Shown one piece after another: positions 58,201-64,000 of a stretch of DNA of 64,000 bases. Within the stretch, counting starts at the first letter, position 1. Each line of letters opens with the position of its first letter. The stretch comes from an uncultured virus (IMG/VR IMGVR_UViG_3300022198_000011) (taxonomy: Duplodnaviria; Heunggongvirae; Uroviricota; Caudoviricetes): the IMG/VR virus record IMGVR_UViG_3300022198_000011; one strand, written 5' to 3'. The notes beneath the pieces were generated by a model. That model was not told the origin of the DNA. It was given only the letters and a program-made list of their open reading frames with translations, and searched no databases. Position numbers and translations under genes: made by a program.

Positions 58201-61200
58201 ACGGGACAAACACACACGCTTAGCGGCGGCTCGCCACTCGGTGTGGTCATTCGTGCCTTCCGTGCTGCTGGTGAGCGCCTCGCCAGCGGTTTGGCTCCTT
58301 CGGTAGCCAACACCTCAACCTCGCCAAACCTCGTGGTCCAACTTCCTGACCCTGAGTCCATCCCCGGTAACATCCTTGTCCGCAGCGGATTTGACCGGCT
58401 GCAAGCCTATCAAAACGAGACAATGGGCGACGGCGGTATGATTCACCCCGACCTTGGTGCGAGCCACCTCGGACATCTGTTTGACAACGCCATCAGCGGA
58501 CCGCGCTACGGTCCGACCATGAACGAAGTGGGTTGGGAGCACATCGCTGAAGGTAGTGCCTTCCCCGACAGCACGAAGAACGGATGGGTTGAAACTACCG
58601 GTAACCGCCCACTGCAGTCGTCTTACGAATTGCACGACCGCACGCTCTTCTTCCATGTCACAAAGATGGGGCACAGCCACACGGACCGCTTCCCAACCGT
58701 CTACACGCACAGCAACGGCGTTGAGACGCAAAGCCTCACCGTGTCTTCTTACAGCAGCGGTGTGTTGACCGCTTCAGCCACCATCAACAGCCGTGTTTTT
58801 GATGCAGCGTTTGCTTCCAAAGAAGTTAGCGACAACCGTCGTTTCTTGCGCCTTTCAAGCAGCGGCGACTCGTGCGTAGTGTCCTACACGGGCATAAGCG
58901 GCGACACCTTCACTGGCGTGGTTGGTGACATTGACTTCACCGAGTTTATCGCAGCCAATCCAAGCGCCACCATCACACCCTCCTACTACATCCCTGCTGG
59001 TAGCACTCGCTTCTTTGCAGCACGCCGCTTGCGTGACCACGCCGAAGTGAGCGGTAACAGCCCTGACATGGCTCATACTGAATACATCACCGGCACTGCG
59101 TTGCTGGCTCACACACGCTACAGCAAACCGCAACTCACACCAATGCCGATGCCTCGTATGGGACATCACTTCGTTAACGCTACGATGCCGATGCTACCCG
59201 GTCACTGGGCTCATCCTGCTTACCAAGGCCTCTACGGCAAGCACGAGGCCGAGCGCAGAGCGACACTCCAAGATGCCGACCTCATCCGTCTACTGGAGAA
59301 TGTGGACCCAACCACGACAACCCTACCGGCCAGCGTCACCGACTACCTACACCCTCTCAACCCGCAACTGCGCATCGGTAGTCTGACCGCTACGCCGAGC
59401 GGTCCCAGCGACATCCATGGTGGGGCCTTCACGCTGATGTTTGAAACAAAGGTGCGCTTTGATGGCTACGGCGTCCTCGCATCCAAGGGCGATGCTGGCG
59501 ACATCAACAAAGCCGGTGGCCACTCCATCGTGCTTGAGGCAGGAGCCAACTACACGCAGGACGGACACTTCCCTGACCCTGCCGAGGTTGGTGCCTATCA
59601 AATTGTCATCCAGCCTAACCTGCGTAAGCAACAACTTACTGGCTTCCATCATAACAACAGTGACGCTTCAGCCTTACCCGACGGCACTGCTCGTGAACTC
59701 ACCGGTCAACAAGTGCACCTCGTGGTCGGCATCAAGTATGACAGCGAGCGAGGGACGGCGATTGGTGCGGCGACTCTCATCCTTTCTGAAGCGACGCTTG
59801 CTGATGTGCGCGGCTGCGAGATTTTCGTCAACGAGGTCATCCTTGACCACGACCCTGACCACGGCAGTCAGTTTAGCAATCTCCCACCGATGCTGCTTTA
59901 CAACGCATTGGGTGTGCAGGGTAGCGAATCGCCCACTTTCACTCGTCGCTCTCACCCCTATCACACGAGCATGTTCGTTGACGCCACACCCGGTTACACA
60001 TTGAACATCCCATGGTGGAGCATTTTGCACAAAAACTCCCCCGATGACGCTACGGCCACAGGTTTCCGCCATCTCGCCCTCTATCGTCTTGACAACTACT
60101 ACGAGTTCTGTCGTGCCTCTCATGGAGCACTTGGCGCTCAGTTGACGCTTGGTGGCTATCCCTCCATTAGCCCTGACATCTACTCCAAGGTGCTGGCTAA
60201 CACCTCCATTTCACCTGTCGCCACGGTGCAGAGCACGGGCGTTGGTTACATTCAGGTCGATGACGCTTCGTTGTTCCCTGAAGTGCCCTACTACGGTCAA
60301 CAACTGGTCTACACCGATAATGACGGTGTGACTCAGACGCTGTCTTACACCAAACGCACAGGCTTGACTTACAGTAGCGGAACAATGAACCAACCCTATC
60401 GTTTCATCACGACTGCTTTGAGTTTGCCGAGTGCGGGCACCGTGCTCCGCTTAAGTCGACCTTACAGTCGTGAAGTTTCGACTTCGCTATTGACCAAGTC
60501 GCAAGGTGTTTTGTCGCTTAATCTCGACCAGTTGCGTGGTGGGACACGAGATACGAACAGTCTCTACACTCCTGACGCATTCGTTTGCGCATGGCATCCA
60601 AACCTCGGTCGACCCCATACTTTCTACTCCGACAGCAGCCGAACATGGGGCGACGCTACTGATGACCGGGCTGTAGACAAAGCGGCCTACAACAGCATGC
60701 CTGAACACTTTGAGACGGTGCATTATCACGGCGTCAACTACGCCGCCAGCCTTGGTCCGTTCCACCTCGATTTCAAGACGCCCGAGCCACCCAGTCAGTT
60801 CTCAGGCACTTTCCAATCAGCGGCCGGTTCACCTTCCACCATCACGATGAATGCTGATGTCAGTAGCGACGGGGCTTCAGCAGGCGATTACATTTTTGTC
60901 GAAGGTAAGGTGTTGGGTAAAATTGCAGGCGGTGGAATAAGCGGTGTGAACATTGTTCTGACTACAGACATCCTCTTTACACCGGCCGTTGGGTCCAAGG
61001 TCTACTTTGGCGCTGACGGAACAGCAGAGACGGCTGCTAACATTCACATTATGTCGGGTTATCAAGCGCAAGGCAGCAACACTGTCATGCTCAGTCACTA
61101 TTGGCCAAGCGGTAGCCGTGGCGGACCACTCGTCAGTCGTCTTGACGGCTATGCTGCTTGGTCTGCTGCGTGGAATCTACCAGCCCTCTACGAAGCAGGC

Positions 61201-63246
61201 GGCGGTAAGCATTGGGAAGACACTGGCGATGCTGCTTCTTATACTGCGAGCGACGGCATCGGCATCGCATCGAGTCTTGTGAGCACCCGCTCTTATCCAT
61301 TCGGCTACCGATTCGGTCTGCGTCAACCGTGGAACCGCCCTCAATGGGGACACTACGGCATGCGTGCCTTCACTGAATCCTCCTATAGTAGCAGCAACCT
61401 GACCCTCGGTTACAAGCCCGGTCCACTGGTCGAATACGAATCGCAAGATTGGAATTACGCTGGTGGTGCTGGTTTGACCCCAAAAACGCTACCAACGACC
61501 TATGTTGGCGTTATGGAAAGGCAGACCAACTTTAGTGGTATGCTCGGGCCCGACAAACCTGAATGGCAGGTGCGCTACAGCGACGGTCGCCGCATGACTC
61601 GCTCGTTTGGCTGTCCTGTTCGCATCATTCGCAACAATGCTGACGCTCCTCGTGACTGGTGGGGTGATAGCCAAGGTCTTGGTATCGGCACCATTGAAGG
61701 TGCGGCGGGCTACTATCTTGTCGACTGGTGGGGCAACACTCGCGGTGAAGATGTCCGCAAAGCACCGGTGCGTGGCTTCGGCATCCGTCCTGCTTGGGAC
61801 GCAGGCGACGCATACGAATACGACCGCACTTACGGTCGTTCACCTTACGCTCGGTTGTGGAACGGAGGTAAGCCGATTGTCAACTTCAAAGGTGTCGTTG
61901 ACCCTCTTACGGGCAAAGTGTTGAGCAGCCCAACTGAAGTCATTCCACGCTTTGGTGGTCGACTCAATGACACAAACAACAACAACGCCTTCGTCCTTGT
62001 CGATGTCTTTGCCCCAACCAACGCCATGCGTGTCGGCGACATGGGTGGTGGGCGTGGTGTGCGTTATCCAACGCAGTTCAACGAGGATGTTCTAACCGAA
62101 TTAAGCGCCGTCTACGAAGGTTCGGGCGTCGTTCTCTCGCATCACACGGCTGAGCCAACCTTCGGTCAAGGGTTGCTGCGACCTCGTGATGATGTGCTGC
62201 AGCCCGACGAAGTCAAGCGTGGTATCAGTGGTCGCCTTGAAATTGCTGAGGACGGTTTGCTTAAGCCCGAGGCTGCAGTCAGCGACCGTGTCGAGAGCAT
62301 CACCGGCACCTCGGTGCACAAAGAGCCAATCTCTCGCTCCTCGCCCCGTATCGGTATTGACGCTGACACGCTTGAGTCCTTCTCCACCGGCATCAATGCC
62401 GACATGGTCGCCATCAACAGTGAGGCTCATAGCCTGCACACTGACCGTGGTGTTGGGCAGCGTATCGTCCTGCAGGGTGGATTGCAGTCAGGTTCGCAGA
62501 CGCTGGAAGACTATGACCTAACGAGCCTCTCCTTCGCTGCTCAACCTCAAGGCGGGGTCATGCGTTTTAGCCACACTGGTAACATCAAGCCCATGGGCGG
62601 CACCTACATCCTTGAGTCCCGCTCGTTCGTCAACCCATTCGATGACACCGGTTGGGGTCGCAGCGGTTCGGGCACAACCAGCAATCCATATCAGACCACG
62701 ACAAGCACGACGACACCTCATAACCTCACGGACACGACAGTGCGATTCATGTTGCGTCCGGTGCGTCTGCTGGACAACCAACACATCGAAGTCTTCCGCC
62801 CTGTTCGCGCTGTCGCCAGCGGCACACCTCAATACGGAAGCACCTTCTACACCGCCACTGCTGGCGGCAAGTATGGGCTCTTCACCTACGAGTCCACCAA
62901 CGCCTCAGCGGGCTCTTACATGCGTGCAACGGTGCCTGACGGAAACGCTCCTTACCAGCCCGTTTATTTGATGGAAAGCAGTAGCGACACTGTGCCGGTG
63001 TCGAAGGGTCCGAAACTCCCCGGTTCGGCGATGCCTACATTCGACACCGGCACACTCAAGTCCACAGTGACTCGTTTGCTCATCAGCGAGAACACGCTGC
63101 AGCACTATCGCAGCGACGCTCCTCGTCGCACAGGTAGCGGTAAGGACTACTCAGTCAAGCCCCGCTTCAGTCAGTCTCTGCATAGCAAGGGACACAAGGC
63201 CGATGTGACTTACAACACATCCGACCACAGTGGTGATGCTCCGTGA
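46264..63246 (+). CDS. Giant 5660-aa virion tail/adhesion protein with an N-terminal LamG (ConA-like) domain
   Basis: Uninterrupted 17-kb ORF with GAGGTGA SD; ALFFDGVSD, IEAWVTP, HIVA...LYING, YIGG...FRGVIENIHIS, ALFRFEE. Confidence 0.85.
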   Translation: MPIMLQSNHALFFDGVSDGVIIPQGVFSKLGRDTADGDRSASDIISTSSQGARVASAISDALGGQIAIEAWVTPDCGGVVLSKDKQFQLSIGSVDTPGPAVFEVNIISEGGVRKVILSTATTLTTGYDGTVYPSTTYGGFEDSYNRFDAAKDDATNLNINQRPLIHIVAAVTNGAAVLYINGELMAREAIPGNYTLPESDEHVYIGGSGGQFRGVIENIHISAVFSNEMVTRNAALVGEDTLALFRFEEPIDPIEGTFTINSISADSNLSAINISTSDAALLASKLTGTAVTAGIIDFTSSPYSSGNYAVVDYKTTPGTKQTHAVPHVPYNLLINPGAIRRESEKPNQSPPERVRLHRINVDTGAILVSSVHLDFGSSTNGDGLRPVLHTRSAATGDNYFVVVAADLLLDNGTGRPYQPPHLASQLIDRTGQMVLDESDLEQHGIVFSSRMATTSNDPNNPFAVVWPSTLNESFQIGHSGRHTLNHVIGHHYLRNMPRANEEILDQQVGNADIVELLYDEGAKGIEKQFPINSRVDYYRDIAQSRIVNVVSTSTVHEAVDNGLTGASRRLIAIGGAGSTTFDPMPFVLKGPVPQKVSEVDANMRKHHLRPSATSRVAILEVDLSSYGMAPFVEIHYNAIDFTGVSMNKTAPMLMVEKTVPASNLLLSTGPDFYVIDAIEAALGSATIHAPGGILEVADAHEGGYAQASFSHALVGDNSEGYESDDELDERYTPQNYATVRDEPRRPPQNISASHTTKTAHESVFHHIIVEANAAEDFVPPVRSPGEEIASPSAGEFDIGIAASSGPVHEMFDIVDNHAVALPTIAQRIFVQPSDRRRTAQLRHIKTESSHGKDAHYATVMFLMTRARLRSVAEEESDDGGSRYTKVRCVGLNSAAVERSVDEIGSGSPDSHVVKEIDPNAPVVSVTLGGVGQGAYDTNPSFDPSALSRLPYNTRRGFSCFATSIRVDRNITAADRVQFIEVRALNNGSDDLKAWGTYPFPKRGRLYLKTGASAEYTSKNGVGFFFTDATVGSGRFVLPDGSEVANFYEWADASGLSAEAGAVASGSAGSFSLGEIILGDGNFYMENAASDGTTVNDRMFQSMDTVTHDYQLGTQFASTRALVEIPLFNEQFFENAAEGIFPGPDNSLKLHLDPTMTAHTWNPSPVGRRYPEVSPADRTAHAAYAYALSQSEHTRSASIQHRAEVVSGFYRLYVSNPDIFPAANINKVVGSEPDYFYVEEVQRHQRAFLPSGDWIIYENDPAADGYLEFEDEPWAYSENFLRLHEPGMMLLVGGFYQSESLVPLEGSPLSPSSAIERRSEYYHDSASVKTQGGNVDYGLRQYVSAVEFKAGPTTNPHAPRVFSGRARGSVLGVTPIMNGSTFTGLAVISLSEEDADLFPNISPTLDSNGNIVYETGDYHYGLETFSPDGTTRRFIYWGDASATFAALSGSPTSPEQFRNSILVEDIFNKGGALPNYLDRTQPEFILDQDALLTRRGFDLGYSIDRFSRALEDNLNISDTYRPPTGRHPWIIRATPTPTPVSITVTNPTHNGLLQANTTGLDVQVGDEVYVERYVIATGKTESVLYLGRVQLIDEGQAQAIPTTDTIITLDGSMLPDVLIDLQNIAADAALTAYLRVGCHNVMKNDDEAILNRSWLFPYAQGGLRHGDTVWANMTYNNPHAIEGLFAKSRGVFNEGLVWNEFNGGQGALSGEARDSLPLENFLIGNTCRETAINYAQHVNKTIEVNYAELGISNPPVVAYLDPMLNGDDHARVLLYDVAHDREFVAFQDLHMQVQTSAKVTEIGFQRHTTAQNIVDGSDQIDLGKYGIEYNGAGQHGYITQIDTAAGYPSQNKFVRNTTRSRFMESAYAHDLANHYAASVMKSPITGKVTALTPYYSSGANGSGYTAGTKATTTTGTGAGLTVTITVSGGAIATAVIASAGTGYQHNDVITVSGGTSGRFRVSVAPSGTSTHLTALDRITQYGKAHGHMVHTGYYTGGPFSERSIGDSIQPRTNDATVIPYWANEAHTYTRKVRSNLDRFIVALTLHREEKAGATTRDPSTLFDTPDGTRVVPAFLALRGIRSGALDLSSHDEQRLQHLKHWTEMDFTRRLTIDCGEVATRDGVTDIEAAAREVVRIINQAGAKNARTNLTNGETGSAFDPAVWWDSDKAFSTQDQGSHMGYFRAHLGRVVQDTKGREGFSVVIHSTVPGATGRNFAVWLDNARGQSAYQPEFLIGHGGRFRTFWCQPDELSGENMHPAPMPLNKHGRPFAPITSLRQYTLPDASSADVKSTGDFAQRGDESSDPVMRAMSMVTGSGQSFNTVNTESLEAEGYITNYTEGLRTGSQATGRVNFGGLVAAGIPGFAPDAGKWGFGRKGDKRFDKRYGDIQNTSGDTLPVTYTGHVPASQISHDAIGDSPLYGFQFIDHLGRRHGIRIVYRAINNNFTLDETQLPDTLEDEIVIYIDDRDVGQGGLTIGRHMRGLGDATGRFGANPSNATLIGWEGNRWNGVPSVNAAYDCKATYDSSAKTLTLEMTDPYNNCPHFDVLGYMGFPIEDGVIQVSDPFNAATAVGSWGHMFSYTSRTRNDNTGPHIFYGVEGTEFMTSHTFATASTVTVGAKRFGLNTTSIRALVSSCANWTTLVTDELLAAVVTTAINLPNPNIEEGVPFDCTEFFAADGRTLGQWGVAEDAIRIRAYNTARKVRPISDFFTATLHRDMAIQAAHVEHGDVQFVKMTKDGVTLPSSNNRAATDAQIDAGLRAECGYIPYTVVQVSTKGRGSNANTASPVLVDSSNEPVDTEVWEQNLNGQRFTAYSGDHILPMVNNPTLETDANDSYINSPKFPEVGLAAGSGKPWHFFRPAGNEGDTISSLAKVASFSSQSEVYFGNFSSALATTVNGGTASSGFTSLDHILIDEATLTGTPPDAKPSTDPTIQRYGALRAFRTAGVRVLGSLHSRSQVFFRGGRDSSDHWVPLFFGGGFSGVTIDVNDGSANDYSEKYTHPYANGPTGVAGIQHANETLSSFSLVDCNAIMAFFPGTALLNQHRGSINPPFFNQDSLLSPDIKGGTQTVHPDHPNPAPYTAGVAIQVPIPLVLRFAHPTARYNDHRDGVENKTTFLIFGPGQAFPFTQEEATPVNTYEPAPGRAITVGNTWSKVPAHTGSNTAFMPNHIMNDAGHYMPWTSTYQLNRGRFHWRQTINWEPAQGKPNVEILRQRPEAGRMYGEVFTSGATNLTVSNVHDYRMAHPNRHGVYMGFSMASSSDWCFHMDGGYHPGGSWMDNQITFNPPHPDDNSRVSKSAISGNELHPSAFRVAAPLATKILYGSSGAFVSETVTRDIIDMEYIAVDATRCQNGEELAALLGAAINTYPGGGALKAMGGTFLPSFSNAMKQDRYGWRELEGANIVDYAQGGGGIALNSSFITVDIGSNPDDGYNIPETGWIRTTNSFATTILGENSPAFAPYHSRIVLYVGGSYKVKFFLGQNRISGYGAFESVATWDNYLDGNPLTYPTLGSGVSGLKLYVWVKAGVHQWRNTTRVSGYGQVHFNGLVDAIDRTKPVGVAGWAGERYSYLNTLSGGLSGQYAAGLGAWHASLGFSPYGGSMGCASVLGHLPNITPMPNSPESAPPNNGSDGLATFPSNSNPDAPQDRYDMGTDSGSYTLAFTDSSDFNTPPIMENEPEMQKELTHMQGVFSRAMLVISHESELALVAKTDRDGQKSVGDWLRLVDAADVTKAGTVRWDDRIHGQDRFYAPAHAGPNVEALIHNATSRPTISDYTVTNALDGAPFDAEFSLHPPITAESDLENAEPCFTKTGDLFFDLDKSIGSHFSASAGAQRNVAANFYASASVQPSTLFGGTKQKNTFWVGDVNAYEMYARSPAKNFNIEHVVWKRMDGGSLSMPAVNARGLGAVPWVNRVSGGVGYTTGEKLLGNVRFSFETTNSAMLPVLQAQELAHPQLAEKHRIKLQNVLEIPNEHLQFEEMEVIDDTGQTHTLSGGSPLGVVIRAFRAAGERLASGLAPSVANTSTSPNLVVQLPDPESIPGNILVRSGFDRLQAYQNETMGDGGMIHPDLGASHLGHLFDNAISGPRYGPTMNEVGWEHIAEGSAFPDSTKNGWVETTGNRPLQSSYELHDRTLFFHVTKMGHSHTDRFPTVYTHSNGVETQSLTVSSYSSGVLTASATINSRVFDAAFASKEVSDNRRFLRLSSSGDSCVVSYTGISGDTFTGVVGDIDFTEFIAANPSATITPSYYIPAGSTRFFAARRLRDHAEVSGNSPDMAHTEYITGTALLAHTRYSKPQLTPMPMPRMGHHFVNATMPMLPGHWAHPAYQGLYGKHEAERRATLQDADLIRLLENVDPTTTTLPASVTDYLHPLNPQLRIGSLTATPSGPSDIHGGAFTLMFETKVRFDGYGVLASKGDAGDINKAGGHSIVLEAGANYTQDGHFPDPAEVGAYQIVIQPNLRKQQLTGFHHNNSDASALPDGTARELTGQQVHLVVGIKYDSERGTAIGAATLILSEATLADVRGCEIFVNEVILDHDPDHGSQFSNLPPMLLYNALGVQGSESPTFTRRSHPYHTSMFVDATPGYTLNIPWWSILHKNSPDDATATGFRHLALYRLDNYYEFCRASHGALGAQLTLGGYPSISPDIYSKVLANTSISPVATVQSTGVGYIQVDDASLFPEVPYYGQQLVYTDNDGVTQTLSYTKRTGLTYSSGTMNQPYRFITTALSLPSAGTVLRLSRPYSREVSTSLLTKSQGVLSLNLDQLRGGTRDTNSLYTPDAFVCAWHPNLGRPHTFYSDSSRTWGDATDDRAVDKAAYNSMPEHFETVHYHGVNYAASLGPFHLDFKTPEPPSQFSGTFQSAAGSPSTITMNADVSSDGASAGDYIFVEGKVLGKIAGGGISGVNIVLTTDILFTPAVGSKVYFGADGTAETAANIHIMSGYQAQGSNTVMLSHYWPSGSRGGPLVSRLDGYAAWSAAWNLPALYEAGGGKHWEDTGDAASYTASDGIGIASSLVSTRSYPFGYRFGLRQPWNRPQWGHYGMRAFTESSYSSSNLTLGYKPGPLVEYESQDWNYAGGAGLTPKTLPTTYVGVMERQTNFSGMLGPDKPEWQVRYSDGRRMTRSFGCPVRIIRNNADAPRDWWGDSQGLGIGTIEGAAGYYLVDWWGNTRGEDVRKAPVRGFGIRPAWDAGDAYEYDRTYGRSPYARLWNGGKPIVNFKGVVDPLTGKVLSSPTEVIPRFGGRLNDTNNNNAFVLVDVFAPTNAMRVGDMGGGRGVRYPTQFNEDVLTELSAVYEGSGVVLSHHTAEPTFGQGLLRPRDDVLQPDEVKRGISGRLEIAEDGLLKPEAAVSDRVESITGTSVHKEPISRSSPRIGIDADTLESFSTGINADMVAINSEAHSLHTDRGVGQRIVLQGGLQSGSQTLEDYDLTSLSFAAQPQGGVMRFSHTGNIKPMGGTYILESRSFVNPFDDTGWGRSGSGTTSNPYQTTTSTTTPHNLTDTTVRFMLRPVRLLDNQHIEVFRPVRAVASGTPQYGSTFYTATAGGKYGLFTYESTNASAGSYMRATVPDGNAPYQPVYLMESSSDTVPVSKGPKLPGSAMPTFDTGTLKSTVTRLLISENTLQHYRSDAPRRTGSGKDYSVKPRFSQSLHSKGHKADVTYNTSDHSGDAP

Positions 63247-64000
63247 CCTTCCTCGCACAGCAACGCACGACCGGTGACACCGATGTCGTGATGAAACAAG
63301 TGCGCAAGCCAGTCTTCGTCGACAACGCAGTGCACCTTGGTGAAATTGCTATGCAGGGCACAACGCAGGCTAAGGTCACCGTCAAGCAACGCAAGACCTC
63401 AACCTACGCTGTCGCATCAACGCACTCTTACACCATCGACGAGCGTCAAGACAGTGTCGTTTTGACTCACACATCAACGCCGGGTCACACTTCACAAAAT
63501 CGCATCTTCTACATGCGTAGCGATGCTGCTTCAAATAGTCCGAGGATGTTGTATTCTATAGACCAGCAGACTGAGCGCCTGTCACTCGGTAGTCACTCCA
63601 CTGGAAACAAGGGTTCTGTTTTTGCAGTGCGGAACATGAAAGGCAAAACGCTCAGTGAACTGGGCTTCAACAGCACGGCAGGTTACGCAGCGCAGCCAAT
63701 TGATGTCGGTTTCCGCACGACCGACATGGCCATGCGTCTTGGTCGTGACATCGCTGATACGCTCACCTCGGTCAACATCGCACTTCCGCTCACTCCCAGC
63801 AACTCCAGCGGTGACCGTCGCCGTCACAGCACCCGCTTTATCGCTACCGACTTCTACGGAGTCAACCTCGTCACGGCGTTGCGTTTCCTTGGGCGTCATG
63901 ACAATCGCATCATCTACTTTGAGCGCTTTGGTAGCCTGCTCTATGTGCCGTTCAACTTCGGTGAAAGCGGTCGTTTCGTCGACGCTAACAACAGGACCGG
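63243..64000 (+). CDS. Partial CDS running off the window end; possible tail-tip hub protein
   Basis: GTGA overlap with the giant gene; frame MTFLAQQRTTGD... stays open to 64000. Confidence 0.7.
   Translation, partial: MTFLAQQRTTGDTDVVMKQVRKPVFVDNAVHLGEIAMQGTTQAKVTVKQRKTSTYAVASTHSYTIDERQDSVVLTHTSTPGHTSQNRIFYMRSDAASNSPRMLYSIDQQTERLSLGSHSTGNKGSVFAVRNMKGKTLSELGFNSTAGYAAQPIDVGFRTTDMAMRLGRDIADTLTSVNIALPLTPSNSSGDRRRHSTRFIATDFYGVNLVTALRFLGRHDNRIIYFERFGSLLYVPFNFGESGRFVDANNRT

Noticed and set aside
1..64000. tRNA, rRNA, integrase or transposase genes
   Set aside because: None recognised; intergenic gaps are very short. A tRNAscan or Infernal run would be needed to exclude small RNAs formally

Overview
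The whole window is a gene-dense, almost entirely + strand segment of a tailed dsDNA virus (Caudoviricetes) with archaeal-style expression signals: GGAGGTGA/GAGGTGA ribosome-binding sites and TATA-like boxes about 27-30 nt before apparently leaderless ATGs. It is most plausibly a marine Group II (Poseidoniales) 'magrovirus'-type genome, but that is an inference and was not searched. It holds a full morphogenesis module: terminase, portal with zinc ribbons, prohead protease/scaffold, major capsid protein, adaptor, tail tube, frameshifted tail chaperones, a short tape measure, a distal-tail-like protein and a 5660-aa LamG-containing giant protein. The most striking feature is a short peptide tag, [A/P]F[D/E]xAWxx[L/I]K or EPMDxAWxLLK, seen 17 times. 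It starts 10 otherwise unrelated proteins and recurs 7 times inside four multi-module proteins, where it separates distinct domains. The tagged domains include GNAT-like, ParB-like, kinase-like, HExxH and basic modules. I propose a capsid-targeting and prohead-protease-processing signal for a shuffled set of virion cargo proteins. Other notable items are an Arf/Rab-like small GTPase within a membrane-protein cluster beside an origin-like AT-rich element, an HMG-CoA lyase auxiliary gene, a catalytically degenerate DNA-ligase-like domain on a ~1800-aa protein, and apparent avoidance of five 4-bp palindromes. All assignments come from reading motifs by eye; no database searches were run.
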